Part shown: positions 11,141 through 23,462 of the stretch, piece after piece
Layout: the number at the start of each line of letters is the position of its first letter
How positions within the stretch are numbered: position 1 is the first letter of the stretch
NCBI GenBank assembly: GCA_008632985.1
Contig: QPGO01000197.1
Coordinates: 62,001 to 126,000, forward strand
Length of the DNA stretch: 64,000 nucleotides
Reading direction: 5' to 3'
Source of the DNA: Psammoneis japonica
Taxonomy: Eukaryota
Position numbers and translations under genes: made by a program
The notes under the pieces: model-generated
What the model saw: the letters and a program-made list of their open reading frames with translations, nothing else
Told to the model about the DNA's origin: nothing
Database searches by the model: none

Positions 11141-14100
11141 CTAATTCAATGAAAATGCATGAGCCGACCCTGACTCCTCCTTCCCCGCGCGAGAACTGAA
11201 GCGAGCACCGACTCCGACCACAGTTCCGTTTGCTGTCAAGGAGACGGAAAATCCAAAATTGTCGAATCTTGCCTCGCCTCTCAATTTTTCACCCACCAGA
11301 ATCCATTCACTTTCGTCCGCGTCGTACCGAAATATTTCAACTTGACCGGCGTTTTCCAGGGTATAAGTGACTTCATGCCAACGACTACCAACAGCAATGT
11401 CATTTCCAGCTCCACTCAAAGAAACCGAAAAACCAAACTGATCATGCCTTATCTGACTGCTTAATGTTTGACCACGCTGTGTCCACGTCGAGCTGGCTTC
11501 ATCATACTCAAAGACTGCAACTCCTCCTGTTAAAGTCGAATCCTCCCAATTTCCTGGGGCACCAACCGCAATGACTACACCATCGTCATCGAGAGACACA
11601 GACCTCCCGAACTCACCCCATCTAACAGAACCATTAATTGAATTACCCAAGGGCTCCCACAGCAACGACGTAGAATTATACTCATACACCAGCACCTGAC
11701 CTGTTCTGGTTCCGCCAAAATCATTTCCATACGCTCCGACACCGACAATGGTGCCCCCGCGACTCAAGGAAACAGCACTGCCGAAATAGTCGAACTCGAC
11801 ATTACCTAAAAGTGTCTGTCCAAGCTGCTCCCAAGACGATGTACTACGATTCAATCGAAACAGACGCACCGACCCCGAATTTATTCCGTTTTGCGTGTCA
11901 TCGTTAAGAGCACCAATGGCAAGTACATCTCCGGTGCCAGAGAGCGACACGGAATAGCCAACATAATCACCGTAGGCTTGTCCATCGATGTCGCTGCCAA
12001 GTTGAAGCCAACTATCTAGGATGCCCTTGTACTCGTATACTTGAACACGGCCGGCATTTTCACCACCACTGTCGTTAGAATCGGCTCCTACTGCGAGTAT
12101 GGTGCCATTAGAATTCAATGACAAAGAACTACCGAAATCATCACCATTGGCTTGTCCGATCAAAGCTTGACCCATTGGAATCCAACTACTGCTGTCTGGA
12201 TTATATCTCAACACAGAAACATAACCGGGACCGGAATCTTGATCTGCCCCTACAGCCATGACACTGCCGTCACTTGACAAGGATATAGCACCTCCGGCAT
12301 GATCAAATGAATCCATGCCAGTCACGACTTGTCCCAGCGGCTTCCATTCCCCTGGAACACTAGTCATATCTGAAGGCGCAATTGTTGGGGGGCTGGTCGG
12401 TCTTTTAGTTGGAGCACGGCTGGGTAAAGCAGCATTGACGGTAAACATATACACTGATCCCGACTCCTCGCCATTGACATCACCTCCAAACGCCCCAACT
12501 CCCACCACCGTCCCGTTTTCTGACAAAGCGACAGAGGATCCGAAATTGTCCCATTTTCTCTCGCCATCAATGGGGTCTCCGGCACGTAACCATCTTTTTT
12601 TATCCGCGCAGTATTGAAAGATTGCGACTTGACCCGAATTTTCTCGACGTCCAGGCTTACCGTACCAGCGACTTCCTACAGCAATGACACTGCCAGTTCC
12701 ACTCAACGACATGGACGAACCAAAAAGATCACCTTGCTGCTGACTCATTAGAATTTGACCCAGTCTTTTCCATGACGTCGTCGAGCGGTCATAAGCAAAC
12801 ACAAAAACACGGCCTATGGAAGCATCGTCATCAATATCTCCTGGTGCTGCCACAGCCACGACGGACCCACTGCCATCGAGAGAAACAGAGCGCCCGAACC
12901 ACCCATCGACCTCTTGCCCATTGATTAGGTCACCAAGCGGTTCCCATAATGTCGAAGAATTGAGTTCGTAAACTGAAACCAGACCTGCGTTATTGATCTT
13001 ACCCGTATCATAGCCATATGCGCCAATGCCAACAATTGTCCCGGAACTACTTAAAGAAACTGAGTTGCCAAAGTAGTCACTTGCGAACTGACCAGTAAGT
13101 GTCTGCCCCAGTTGGTCCCACAATGATGTTTCGCGGTTGTACCGAAACATGCGAACAGATCCAGAATTCTCGCCGTTTTCTGTGTCATCCAAGTACGCGC
13201 CTACTGCAAGAATGTCGCCTGCATCCGACAGAGAAACAGAGAAACCACTTCGGTCCCCCGGTGCCCGGCCAATAATGACATTCCCAAGCTGGACCCAACT
13301 ATCTTCTGACTGGTTAAACTCATACACTTGCACAAGACCTGCGTTCGTTCCGCCGCTATCATTTCCGTCTGATCCTACGGCGAGTATCGAGCCGTCACCA
13401 TTCAATGATACGGACTCCCCAAAGTTGTCTTCGCTGGTTTTTCCGAGCAAATCATCGCCCATAGATGCCCACTTCTTTGTCTTGAGGTCCATTCGGAACA
13501 CCGAAACATAACCGGAACGAGGACCTGAGCTTTGCTTTGCCCCCACTGCCACGACGCTACCATCGAGTGAGACGGCGATAGATTCATCAACTCCAAAATA
13601 ATCTGACGAAGCTTTGCCATTCAATACTTGTCCTAATGGGCGCCATTCATCGAACGGAATTTGAGAGGGGAGCAAGGTGCGGGTCGGGGTGATAGTAGGT
13701 TGCGGAGGAGTCGGAACAGGACTCCTTGTTGGCACTGCTGTGTCGCTATCAACGATGAAAGGAGCTTGAAAAACATAAACAGATCCTGAATCGTCACCGT
13801 TATCGCCATTCTGAGGTGCTCCGACTCCAACCAAGGTGCCACTTTCCGAGAAGGATACAGACACAGACGACCCAAACCTAGATTCTGCCTCACCAACTAA
13901 GCCTTCGCCAAATTGAATCCAACTTGTCGCAATAGCACTGTAGTGAAAGACTGTCACCTCACCCGCTTGCACCAACCTATTGACATTAGTTGGGTTGACA
14001 TCGTATCGAGGACTTCCCACCGCCAATATATTTCCTTTGCTGCTCAATGACACGGCCGCTCCAAAACTCTCCCCATCCTGCCGGGAAACAAGAGCTTGGC

Positions 14101-17100
14101 CTCGACTTGTCCATTCTGAGATGGCACGGTCGTAGACAAACACCGAAACTCTACCGGCAGATCCGGGTCCACCGACTGCCATTATCGTGCCACTATCATC
14201 AAGGGACAAAGATGAACCAAATCGCTCGTATTCAACTAGCCCGTTGGCCGGATCCCCAAGTGGTTCCCATGAGGATGACTGCGGATCGTACTGAAACACC
14301 GACACCTGACCAGCATTATATCGACCGCCCGCATCATTCTCGGGTGCTCCAATCGCAACAATCGTACCAGAGCTGCTCAAGGAAAGTGACTCACCAAATC
14401 CATCAGCAGAGGCTTCACCAAGTAGTGTCTGGCCAAGTTGATTCCATGCTCTTGTTCCTCTCTTGTATTGAAAAACACGAACCGATCCAGTGTTGAAGCC
14501 GTTGTCAGTGTCATCTTGCGAAGCTCCAACAGCAAGAATGCTACCCGAATCTGACATGGAAACAGAAACACCAAAAGAATCACCAGCATCTTGCCCATCA
14601 ATATCACGGCCGAGTTGAATCCAACGATCTGTCCCGTCGACGTATTCGTAGACCCGCACGTGACCGGCATTCTCTCCACCACTGTCATTCTCAAGTGCTC
14701 CGATGGCTACAATAGTGCCATTGCCGTTCAAGGAAACGGACTCGCCGAAGCGATCACCAACTGCATCTCCAATCAATTCTTGGCCAATGCGTGACCATTG
14801 TAGGGTGGCTTGATTGTATCGTTGGACAACAACATACCCGGGATTGAGATAAGACTGCTTGGCTCCGACGGCCATTACATTGCCATCACGCGACAGCAAA
14901 AGTGAGCTACCAAACAAATCGTCAGAAGCCTTTGCATTCAAGATTTGCCCCACTTGTGTCCAGGGTGAACGTGTTGGACTAATAGTCGCCCCTGGAGACA
15001 GCGTAGGGGGCTGAGTAGGGGGCTTCGTGACTGGGTCCGCATTGGGCGAGATGACGAAACTGACGTTCTCCCGTGCAGCAAATTGTCCCCCTGCCGCCAA
15101 AAGGTTGCCTCCGGCAGATGCACCGTAATATATTTCATAATACCCTCCACAACATCCACCATCACCAAAAGAGTCCTCTATTGTGAATACGCACATCGCC
15201 CCTTCGTTTATCCCCATAATGGTCACGTTGGATAGAGTGAATGGTGACTCATTAAGAAGTAATCCCTTTACAAATGGAAAGCCGCCACAATCTAAAGATA
15301 TGGTTGTCTCTTTACTGTTGCCATCCAATTGAATCGAAACAAAGATTGCTGCTGTGCGTGAAGTCACGAAAAAAGGAAAATTGAACCGAGAAAAGAAACC
15401 CGCCATTTGCGCAGTGTCGAGAATAACGGGGAGACCTTCTGTGATTCCTTCGCCATAGTAAACTCGAAAGTTCTTCAAGTGCTGCACCTCTGACACTGAC
15501 AACATACAGAGACTACCCCCGGGAACGAGAAAAGTCTGCGTAATGTTTGCGCCTTGAAACTCAGTGCCACTGTAGCTTCCTTCTGTCATATTTCCATACG
15601 TTGCGCCGTCACATTTTAGGAACCAAGCGAGGTCCTCAGGGCGGTTGTCAAGATCAAGAGCAAGTGTCAAGGGGACGGGCGGTCCCGGAGTGGCAGATGG
15701 TGCAACGGAAAAAGTCGTAGTCGGCAATGGGGTGATGGTAGTACCCTCAAGCTGAAACACCCGAACTTGACCATCGTCCGGATGCTCACTATTGTGACGC
15801 GGCGCACCTACTGCCACTCGAGTTCCATTGTACGAAATGCTTATACTTCGTCCCGAATGGTCCCAATCGGAAGCTCCTTCAATCGGTGTCCCGATGGTTC
15901 TCCAACTTTCTCCTCGCAACTCGTACAGCCTCACAACGCCACGGCCCTTGATGTCTCCGTTGAGGGACTCGGCCAAGACAGAAACAGCCAAACGCTTGCC
16001 ATCTCGAGAAAGTCTTGAAACAATGGGATATTTTTCAGACTGCAAACCGGCATTGATCTTGAATTGCCCTTGAAAATCATTCACAAGCTCCAGCCCAAAC
16101 TGAAAAATGTTGACGGTATTTCCAACTTGGATCCATTCGTCTCTGGACTCGGCGTATCGATATACTTTCACATTTCCGTCGTTGTCCCCCAAAGCATAGA
16201 TGTCTTCGCTGTCACTATGGAAATTTGAACTAACAGCAACAACAGTGCCATCGGCTGAGATAGACACTCCAGATCCGGCCTGTTCTCCTTGCAGGCCGTT
16301 AGTCCTGTCTCCTTGTTCACGATCTCCTTCAAGATCTTGACCTAGCTTTCTCCACGAATCAGTTTCTTGCTGATACTCAAAGACACGAACATTACCGGTA
16401 TAAATTGCCCATTCAACGCCAGCCTTTCCCAGATTATCCGGAGCACCAATGACTATTCTACGGCCGTCCGCGGAGAGATCCACCGAAGTTCCAAATTTGT
16501 CGCCTCTCGCTTCACCAACAAAATCAGGGCTTCCCATGTCTTTCCATTGAGAAGCGGTATTGTCAAAGAAGAAAACTGACACATAGTTACCTCGCGAAGA
16601 TCCAATAGCAAGAATCTGTCCATCTTCAGAAAGTGCCATGGAACTGCTGTCATAGCCATCGAGAGAAAATGGCACACTCTCATCCCTGTATTCAAAATCG
16701 TCATCATACTCGCTGGGGCGTTGAGGCAAGTTGCCATCAGGTTGACTAAACCCACCAATCATATCGCCTTCTGAGTTTCCGTATATCGGGTCACCCATTG
16801 CAACCCACGTTCCCGGAGAAGCTTCTGCGTAAACTTGGACCATTCCTGCTTTTTCGTGTTTTTCGCTGTCAAGTGGTACACCTATTGCCAAGATGGTGCC
16901 GCTGTCAGACAGAACGATGTGATCAACAAAACCCGAGGGGACTAGGATTTCCCCAGACTGAATCCATAAGTCATCCTCAACACTCAAGTCGTACACGTGA
17001 ACCTTTCTATCGTAGGGTGCCGTTGCCACCAACCGATTTCCATCTGCAGAGAGCTCTACGACCCATCCAAAGTATCGTTGGCCTCGTGGTCCAGATTCGA

Positions 17101-18292
17101 TGGGTTCGTCATCGTTTACAATGCTTTGGCCGATTTGTTCAAGGACCAGCATCGTGGGTGTCGGTGTAGCTGAAGGAGAAGGAGCTTCTTCCGGACCAGA
17201 CTCTGGAGGAGGAGCATCGTTGGAACTTCCTGACGTGACAGCATAAACAATGCCTCCAATCACGCCACCCATGACTAACAACAACCCGATAAGGCCGATA
17301 CGACTCCTTCTTGTTTTAAAGACATCCCACCATTTTGCTTCAGTAGCCACAGCAATAGAGCCACCACCTTCACTTCTGTCTTGAGGTTCGGACGCCACGG
17401 GTCGGTTTAACACCGGTGTGGCGGTTGGCAAAACTTCTGGCGGGGGTATTCCATCTTGCTGTTGCTGCATTGTAGAAGGCGCCTCTTCGTGGGGTATTTC
17501 GTCTTGTTGTCGATGCTGCGCTGTAGAAGGTGCCTCTTCGTCTTGGACTGGGAATGGATCGGTACCTTCTTCTCTCGATGGCTCCTGTAGAACAACATGA
17601 TCAAGCTCATCCGGAGTATTTGTATCGCGTCCTTTACTTGCGCGCCAACGGTTACGAGCATCGCTTGTTTGACTGTCATGAAAGGTTACATCAATGGGAC
17701 TTGAATCGTTGTCTGCTTTCCATCTGGTCCTCGCACGGTGCCCAAAATTTTGCCGGGAGAACAGGGCGGCTGTGGCTGCAGCTCGACGCGCAAGCCAGTT
17801 CCTTCTTGCATTATTTTCATTCGTTCTTTTTCCGCCCAACTGATCTTGAGAATGGTCTTGAGGTGCGTCCTTGTCTTTTACGGCCCGGGAGCTTCTTGCT
17901 CTATTTCCATAGATGGTACTACTCGTGGGCGCTTCCCTTAAAGTACTACTCTCGCCTTGGCGTTCTTTCTTGTCCTGGACCGCTCGGGAGATTCTTGCGG
18001 TACTTCCGTATATGGTACTCATAGGTGCTTCTCTTAAAGTACCACTCTCGCGTTGACGCTCTTTCTTGTTCTGGACTACTCGGGAACTTCTCGCGCTATT
18101 TCGGTATATGGTACTCATGGGCACTTCGTCCCGGATCTTACTTTCGTCATCGTCTCCTGCTCCTGAAGGAGGCAAAGTCATTGGAGCCAAATCTGGACGC
18201 TCATCAATATGCACACTTTCGCCGCCTGATAGTGATTGACGAGGTACTGGCGGCTTGGTCGGCTCATCGGCTTCGGCCTTGCCACGGACCAT
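11141..18292 (-). CDS. 2383-aa type II membrane protein with multiple FG-GAP (integrin-alpha-like beta-propeller) repeat arrays
   Basis: Single TM IGLIGLLLVMGGVIGGIVYAV; many FGxSVSLSxxGxxxAVGA..G.V.V(F/Y) repeats in about 4 blocks separated by P/T-rich linkers; three ~30-aa tandem repeats (REAPMSTIYG..AR.SRAV.DK) in the N-terminus. Confidence 0.9.
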   Translation of the reverse strand: MVRGKAEADEPTKPPVPRQSLSGGESVHIDERPDLAPMTLPPSGAGDDDESKIRDEVPMSTIYRNSARSSRVVQNKKERQRESGTLREAPMSTIYGSTARISRAVQDKKERQGESSTLREAPTSSTIYGNRARSSRAVKDKDAPQDHSQDQLGGKRTNENNARRNWLARRAAATAALFSRQNFGHRARTRWKADNDSSPIDVTFHDSQTSDARNRWRASKGRDTNTPDELDHVVLQEPSREEGTDPFPVQDEEAPSTAQHRQQDEIPHEEAPSTMQQQQDGIPPPEVLPTATPVLNRPVASEPQDRSEGGGSIAVATEAKWWDVFKTRRSRIGLIGLLLVMGGVIGGIVYAVTSGSSNDAPPPESGPEEAPSPSATPTPTMLVLEQIGQSIVNDDEPIESGPRGQRYFGWVVELSADGNRLVATAPYDRKVHVYDLSVEDDLWIQSGEILVPSGFVDHIVLSDSGTILAIGVPLDSEKHEKAGMVQVYAEASPGTWVAMGDPIYGNSEGDMIGGFSQPDGNLPQRPSEYDDDFEYRDESVPFSLDGYDSSSMALSEDGQILAIGSSRGNYVSVFFFDNTASQWKDMGSPDFVGEARGDKFGTSVDLSADGRRIVIGAPDNLGKAGVEWAIYTGNVRVFEYQQETDSWRKLGQDLEGDREQGDRTNGLQGEQAGSGVSISADGTVVAVSSNFHSDSEDIYALGDNDGNVKVYRYAESRDEWIQVGNTVNIFQFGLELVNDFQGQFKINAGLQSEKYPIVSRLSRDGKRLAVSVLAESLNGDIKGRGVVRLYELRGESWRTIGTPIEGASDWDHSGRSISISYNGTRVAVGAPRHNSEHPDDGQVRVFQLEGTTITPLPTTTFSVAPSATPGPPVPLTLALDLDNRPEDLAWFLKCDGATYGNMTEGSYSGTEFQGANITQTFLVPGGSLCMLSVSEVQHLKNFRVYYGEGITEGLPVILDTAQMAGFFSRFNFPFFVTSRTAAIFVSIQLDGNSKETTISLDCGGFPFVKGLLLNESPFTLSNVTIMGINEGAMCVFTIEDSFGDGGCCGGYYEIYYGASAGGNLLAAGGQFAARENVSFVISPNADPVTKPPTQPPTLSPGATISPTRSPWTQVGQILNAKASDDLFGSSLLLSRDGNVMAVGAKQSYLNPGYVVVQRYNQATLQWSRIGQELIGDAVGDRFGESVSLNGNGTIVAIGALENDSGGENAGHVRVYEYVDGTDRWIQLGRDIDGQDAGDSFGVSVSMSDSGSILAVGASQDDTDNGFNTGSVRVFQYKRGTRAWNQLGQTLLGEASADGFGESLSLSSSGTIVAIGAPENDAGGRYNAGQVSVFQYDPQSSSWEPLGDPANGLVEYERFGSSLSLDDSGTIMAVGGPGSAGRVSVFVYDRAISEWTSRGQALVSRQDGESFGAAVSLSSKGNILAVGSPRYDVNPTNVNRLVQAGEVTVFHYSAIATSWIQFGEGLVGEAESRFGSSVSVSFSESGTLVGVGAPQNGDNGDDSGSVYVFQAPFIVDSDTAVPTRSPVPTPPQPTITPTRTLLPSQIPFDEWRPLGQVLNGKASSDYFGVDESIAVSLDGSVVAVGAKQSSGPRSGYVSVFRMDLKTKKWASMGDDLLGKTSEDNFGESVSLNGDGSILAVGSDGNDSGGTNAGLVQVYEFNQSEDSWVQLGNVIIGRAPGDRSGFSVSLSDAGDILAVGAYLDDTENGENSGSVRMFRYNRETSLWDQLGQTLTGQFASDYFGNSVSLSSSGTIVGIGAYGYDTGKINNAGLVSVYELNSSTLWEPLGDLINGQEVDGWFGRSVSLDGSGSVVAVAAPGDIDDDASIGRVFVFAYDRSTTSWKRLGQILMSQQQGDLFGSSMSLSGTGSVIAVGSRWYGKPGRRENSGQVAIFQYCADKKRWLRAGDPIDGERKWDNFGSSVALSENGTVVGVGAFGGDVNGEESGSVYMFTVNAALPSRAPTKRPTSPPTIAPSDMTSVPGEWKPLGQVVTGMDSFDHAGGAISLSSDGSVMAVGADQDSGPGYVSVLRYNPDSSSWIPMGQALIGQANGDDFGSSLSLNSNGTILAVGADSNDSGGENAGRVQVYEYKGILDSWLQLGSDIDGQAYGDYVGYSVSLSGTGDVLAIGALNDDTQNGINSGSVRLFRLNRSTSSWEQLGQTLLGNVEFDYFGSAVSLSRGGTIVGVGAYGNDFGGTRTGQVLVYEYNSTSLLWEPLGNSINGSVRWGEFGRSVSLDDDGVVIAVGAPGNWEDSTLTGGVAVFEYDEASSTWTQRGQTLSSQIRHDQFGFSVSLSGAGNDIAVGSRWHEVTYTLENAGQVEIFRYDADESEWILVGEKLRGEARFDNFGFSVSLTANGTVVGVGARFSSRAGKEESGSAHAFSLN

Positions 18293-18527
18293 TCTGTGAA
18301 CGCCTTGTTGTTCTCGGCTCGTTCAAAAAATTGTTGCTTCGCTCTGAAATGGCGCGCAGACTTGCTCAACAGCCAACAACAAACACTGCAAATGCCTGGA
18401 CTCTCTCGGGTATGAAAGCAAACTCTAGAAAGGAAGAAGGCACAAATTCGGATAGAAGGCAATGAATGAGGTGCAGTGCGGTGACAAGATACGGAATTTG
18501 CATGTTCTTTTTGAGGTCTCTCTATCC

Positions 18528-20718
18528 GGGAGTTGCATGAAATGTCAAAATTTTCGTTTTTCCCTGCAAAAACGCACAGAAATGTCAGAGAGACCTGCCT
18601 GCCTGCATGCGAGTGCCACGGTCTGCACGATGCTGCGAAAGTTTGTGCACTTTCCACTCAAACGATGCTCGCACTTTTTGCCAGGGGACATGCCACAGAC
18701 ACACAACATTCGAGGCATTTGGCTGCAGGACAAATCCTGTGTGTTTGGGACTCTGGTTGATTTGACAAAATGTCGAAATTCCATGAAAGGCTTCTCAACA
18801 ATTGTCTTTTTTCCAACCAGTGCCGAGAGAAAATGCCCCCAGAAATGCAGGTGGTTGTGTCTTCACCAGACCCCTGCCAAAATTTCTCGTTGAGAAGACA
18901 ACCCAATGGAGTGAGAATGTTAAAATGATGTTGCACAGTGTGTGAAAAACAACTCACTCAATTAGGTTGGCATGGTGCATCATCACAAGCACTGAATGAA
19001 CGACAACACGGTGCGACAATCGATGCTGACGTCACCTTCTGTCGGTGCCCGCCTGTCAGCTCATTTCCTGCTGCACTCACATTTGCGTGTCTACACACAC
19101 ATCATCGGAGTTGCTGTGAGAGCACATGCATGATGTTGTCACGGCGTTTCTGCACGCATGAGTGTGCTGTGTGGCAGGTGCGACTGCAAGAGAGACGCCG
19201 TTGAGTTCCCTTCTCGATCCCGAGCTCCGATTTGAGCCAGTCACGACTGTCTCAACCTCATCGCTTTTCGTGCGACAGCACAGATTTCAAATTCAAATCC
19301 CGCCAAATGGCTCCAACCGCCAAAACCAGAAAAGGCCTCTTGGGGGGGATTGAGGGCTAGACCATTTTGGGTTGTTGTCGTTCAAGATTCCCTTGCACGC
19401 CGTTCCAAAAGCGTTCCAGAAGCGTTCCAACACCGTTCCGAGAACGTTCTCATGTGCACCAATTCACGTGGAAATCAAACTTTGGAGCCGGTCAATTTGC
19501 CAATGAGACATGTGATGCATTGCAACCAGTGCACTGTTGTTAGAACCATTTGAGCATGGCACAACAGTGCAAAAGTTTAACAGATTAGATGGATTCATTG
19601 CAAAAAGGTGCACCCGTCAAAACAGGTTTCTATTTTCTCCAAGGAAAAGAACGGCTGTTGGAAGTCTCAACAATTTTGAGTTGCAGTGGCTGTGAGTTAA
19701 ACTGCCATGATGTGTTGCAACTGCTGGTGTTGTTTGACACTAAATCACATCTGTGACAACCGCCAATGGCTCCAACATGGAAATGCCATTCGATGAAACA
19801 GGCATTTCGTCGTTCCCGTGTTTCCACCGTTCCGGGACCACACCAAAAGCGTTCCCAAAGGGAATCTCTCTAAAAGGCCCAACATCACAGCATTGTTTTT
19901 AGACATTGGAAACGAATGAGAACCCTGCCTGACAATGCATGGAACCATCAATCCACCTGCGGCAACAAAAACACTGCTGCATGGCACTGTGGCGCGGCAG
20001 CAATCATTTTAGCACAACAATGTAAAACATCAAATGCGCAACACACGACTGCACTGCTCACCACACAAATGCGCCTGCCCAGAGCCACAGCAGATTGTCT
20101 TGCAAGGACAGTCATTCAGAGGCCGACAAGATCGGAATGGATTTGGAACCAATGGGTTCGCGTCACACTTGAGCACTTTGCAGGACATGCAGCAGTGTGC
20201 GAGTTGTGGGGCCTTCTTCAAGATGAAGGCAACCTTTCTCATGGGTTCCTGCCCACTCACTTGTTGTGTGCCCTTGTTTTCTGAATCTGCATTGTTCTGA
20301 AACCATTTTGCCGGGAATCTGTGGTGGAGCACACGAAGACACGATAAGAAAATGGTTTTGTGTCGGAACAGAGTCAATTGTAAATCTGGACTTGTTGCAT
20401 TCCATCATTCCAATCTCTTTTTGAAAATCAATGTGCTGGCATTAGCTTCACCATCTTGTCATCTTAGACTGACTGGCAACCCAGGTTTGTGGATGACAAT
20501 GGCATGCACGGTGACGGTGGACGGCACTGACTTTCGCTTTGCACAACAAACCATCGCCGCCTTCGCCGTTCGCTCTTCACTCGACCCCATCCATCCGGTG
20601 TCTGGTGTTTGCATGGCCCTGAATGCAAAGCTTTGGGGGATGTGTAAAATGAATTGTCATCACGAAAAACCACGAAAAACAGGGAAAAACGAAAATGTCA
20701 ACATTTCATGCAACTCCC
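18528..20718. mobile_element. Degenerate non-autonomous TIR (DNA) transposon, ~2.2 kb
   Basis: Left end GGGAGTTGCATGAAATGTCAAAATTTTCGTTTTTCCCT is a near-perfect inverted repeat of AGGGAAAAACGAAAATGTCAACATTTCATGCAACTCCC (20681-20718); no clear TSD. Confidence 0.65.
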
Positions 20719-22334
20719 CGCATTTCATGGATCGTGGATCCAGATGCAAGCTTCAACTCGACAGAAAAGGTTGACCGTCATCAAGCCGTTTCAGCGAACC
20801 AAGACTGAAAAACATGGTTCGCAAAGTGTGCTGGGCCAGTGTCGACTAAAGAGAGGATTGTGGTGCAACTTCGAAACAAACATGTGAAAAAAGACTTTTG
20901 CCCAATGACCATCTCCAGAGACCCAAGGTCAGGGGTGGGCTCTGTTCAAGAACACACATGCAACTTGCAGCTCACAAGAACAAAACTGCGCTCTCCCCAC
21001 AGCACTCGCAATCATGTTTTTTTGTGCAGAGCAGAGGGCAACATCCTGGTGTTTTGTGGCATGCTTGTCATGTGCGAGTCCATTGATCACATGCAAACCT
21101 CACATTGATGTGCACTTTTGTTGTTGCAAAATGTGATGCCAGCTTGCTCGTGTCTTTTTTCTCTTTTCTGCTCTTTGTGGGTGGCAGGTGTGGTGTCCTC
21201 TTGGCGTCGCTTCTCTCGTGTTTCTTCTTGGCTCTCCCACAGCCATTTGCCCACAAGGCTTCTTCATCACTCTCATTTCCTGCAACATTTTTGCATGCAC
21301 AAATGTGCCATGTGTGGAGCACCAAAGTGCCACCACACAGTTTTCTGAGTTTGTTTGGACACCCGCGGCTCTGCCCCCCACCCCCCCCCCCCCCTCCTGA
21401 GCGGCTGGAGTGCTGCAGACCTTGCTTGATTGACCTGCTTTGTGGCTGATGTTGGCCTGCTGAGATGTCAGGCTGGGCTGCTTGCCAAGCACTGTTGGGG
21501 TCAACAAATCTGTGAAAACTCTCCTGCGTCGCGCCACATGCTGCTGGGTTGCCTTTTTCGCCTCTGCCGCATTTGCCCTCATGTTGTCTGGCAGGCTGCT
21601 TTGAACTTTGTGGAATGGCCCAACATTTGCCAGTGCATGTTGGCTGGCAAGATTGTGCCTCAGAACGTCCAAAATCATGTGGAGATGCTCAACATGAGAC
21701 ACAATCACTGGAGCTGTTTGTGCCGGCCACTGGGCAAGCAATGCTGGGCAATTTGCCATCTTGTTGGAGCTTGGCATTTTGTGCCTTGTCTCTCACATCC
21801 CTTGAATCCAGACACACAAACCCCAGATGATGTCAATGATGATGCTCAGCATCAGCCAAGAAGGGCACAATGCTGAACAATGCAGCAAGCCTGGTGCAGC
21901 CGGCATCCCCACCATGGCCGCCGATGATGCCACTTTCCTGCATCTGCAGGCTGTCCGCAGTGATGCTGATCCCACAGAAGCATGCGCTGGAAAAAGCAAC
22001 TCCCAGTGTGAGACCTGCAACAGGCTGTGGAAGTCTCCATGTGACTGAGACTGGTGTGACTCTGGCCATCGCGCAAGTGACTCACCTTGCTGCATGAAGG
22101 GTCTGCACAGGATGCACGCAGTGCCGAGTGTGACTGATTCCGCGAAAGGACTCAAACTCTGCATGTCTCACTGTTGCACATGTGCACACTCTGTGCAAAA
22201 TAATCTCATGATTTTCACAACACTGAAGTCTCTGCATTGCAAGCACTTGTTCCCTGTTTCTGCATGGGTCACAGCAACATTGCTCCCGGCAAGTGCAAGA
22301 ATGGTTTGCTTGGACAACAATGAAGGTCAGACAA

Positions 22335-23462
22335 ATGGCATTTAGTGCATTCATGACACTGGCAGTCATTCCGCTGATTGCCTTTCAACATCCAGTTAAG
22401 AGGGTTCTGAAAGAGAGCCAACATCAGATGCACAAACTGCGCACAAATCCGAATGACCCGGACAGCCCCACTTGTGAACTTGCGGTTGCGTGCTTCTTGG
22501 CAGAGTCACCTGAAGAATGGCTCCTTTTCTTAAAGGACTTTGACTGCATTTGCATTGGACAAAATGTTGTGACAGGACACGGTAAATTTTTGCTTGTGAG
22601 AAGGCCATTGCAGAGGGTGAAGCCCTTGCAGCCTTTGACAATGCTGCAGCAAACAAGAGTGCAGAAACAGCAGCATCACTGGCACGTTGCATTGCTGCCG
22701 TTGCCAAAAGTGTCTTCCCAGAAAGGGGTGCATTGACACAAAAGCACTGTTCAAGGCATTTTGTGCAAAACCCGCGAACATCAAAATGCGTGATTGTGTT
22801 GCTCGTGCCGTGGAAATGAGTGCGCATGTTCCAAAATTTCCACCTGTGCAAGATGGTGGACCAGTGCCGCAAGCACTGTCAAAAGACAATTTGGTTGATT
22901 TGTTTGAATGTGGCATTCCACGGCCATGGCAGAGCACCAGATGAAGTTGCAAGGATTCAATCCCTTGGCACACACCATTCCAGAAATTGTCTCTCATTCT
23001 GTGAGCGTGTTGAAGAAGTTGAATCTGCTGACAAGCTCATGGCCTCCACCTCACCTGAAGAGACAACCCTGAAGATGACTGGCAGACAATCCAATTCAGT
23101 GTGAAAAACCAAGTCATGGAGTCACACGCCAAGAGAAAGTTGACATCGGCGGCAAAGAAGTGAGCTTCAATGCGACGTCAGATGCAATGCGTGAGAGGAA
23201 GTGCGTGCTCCATGGTTTGGGTGATCACAGTGCTGAAGGCTGCTGGGAATTGAAACATCAAGTCAAGTGACTTAAAGTGATGTCAGCTCAGAAAACGACT
23301 GATGCATGCAATGGAGAGGAGCTCAATGCCAATGGACAAGCCATTGGAAGCACATTGAAGTGCATGGCACGTGATGATGTGAAGGCAAACAGAGAACTTT
23401 GTGCCTTCAAAAATGCGCGCCCCTCTGAAGATTCAGATGCTGACACCAATGACTGGAAGTGA
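22335..23462 (+). pseudogene. gag: Degenerate retrotransposon gag-like ORF
   Basis: KLRTNPNDPDSPTCELAV..SPEEWLLFLKDF..GQNV, KPANIKMRD..EM..FPP, DLFECGIPRPWQ, CVLHGLGDHSAEGC knuckle; frameshifts and stops. Confidence 0.65.
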
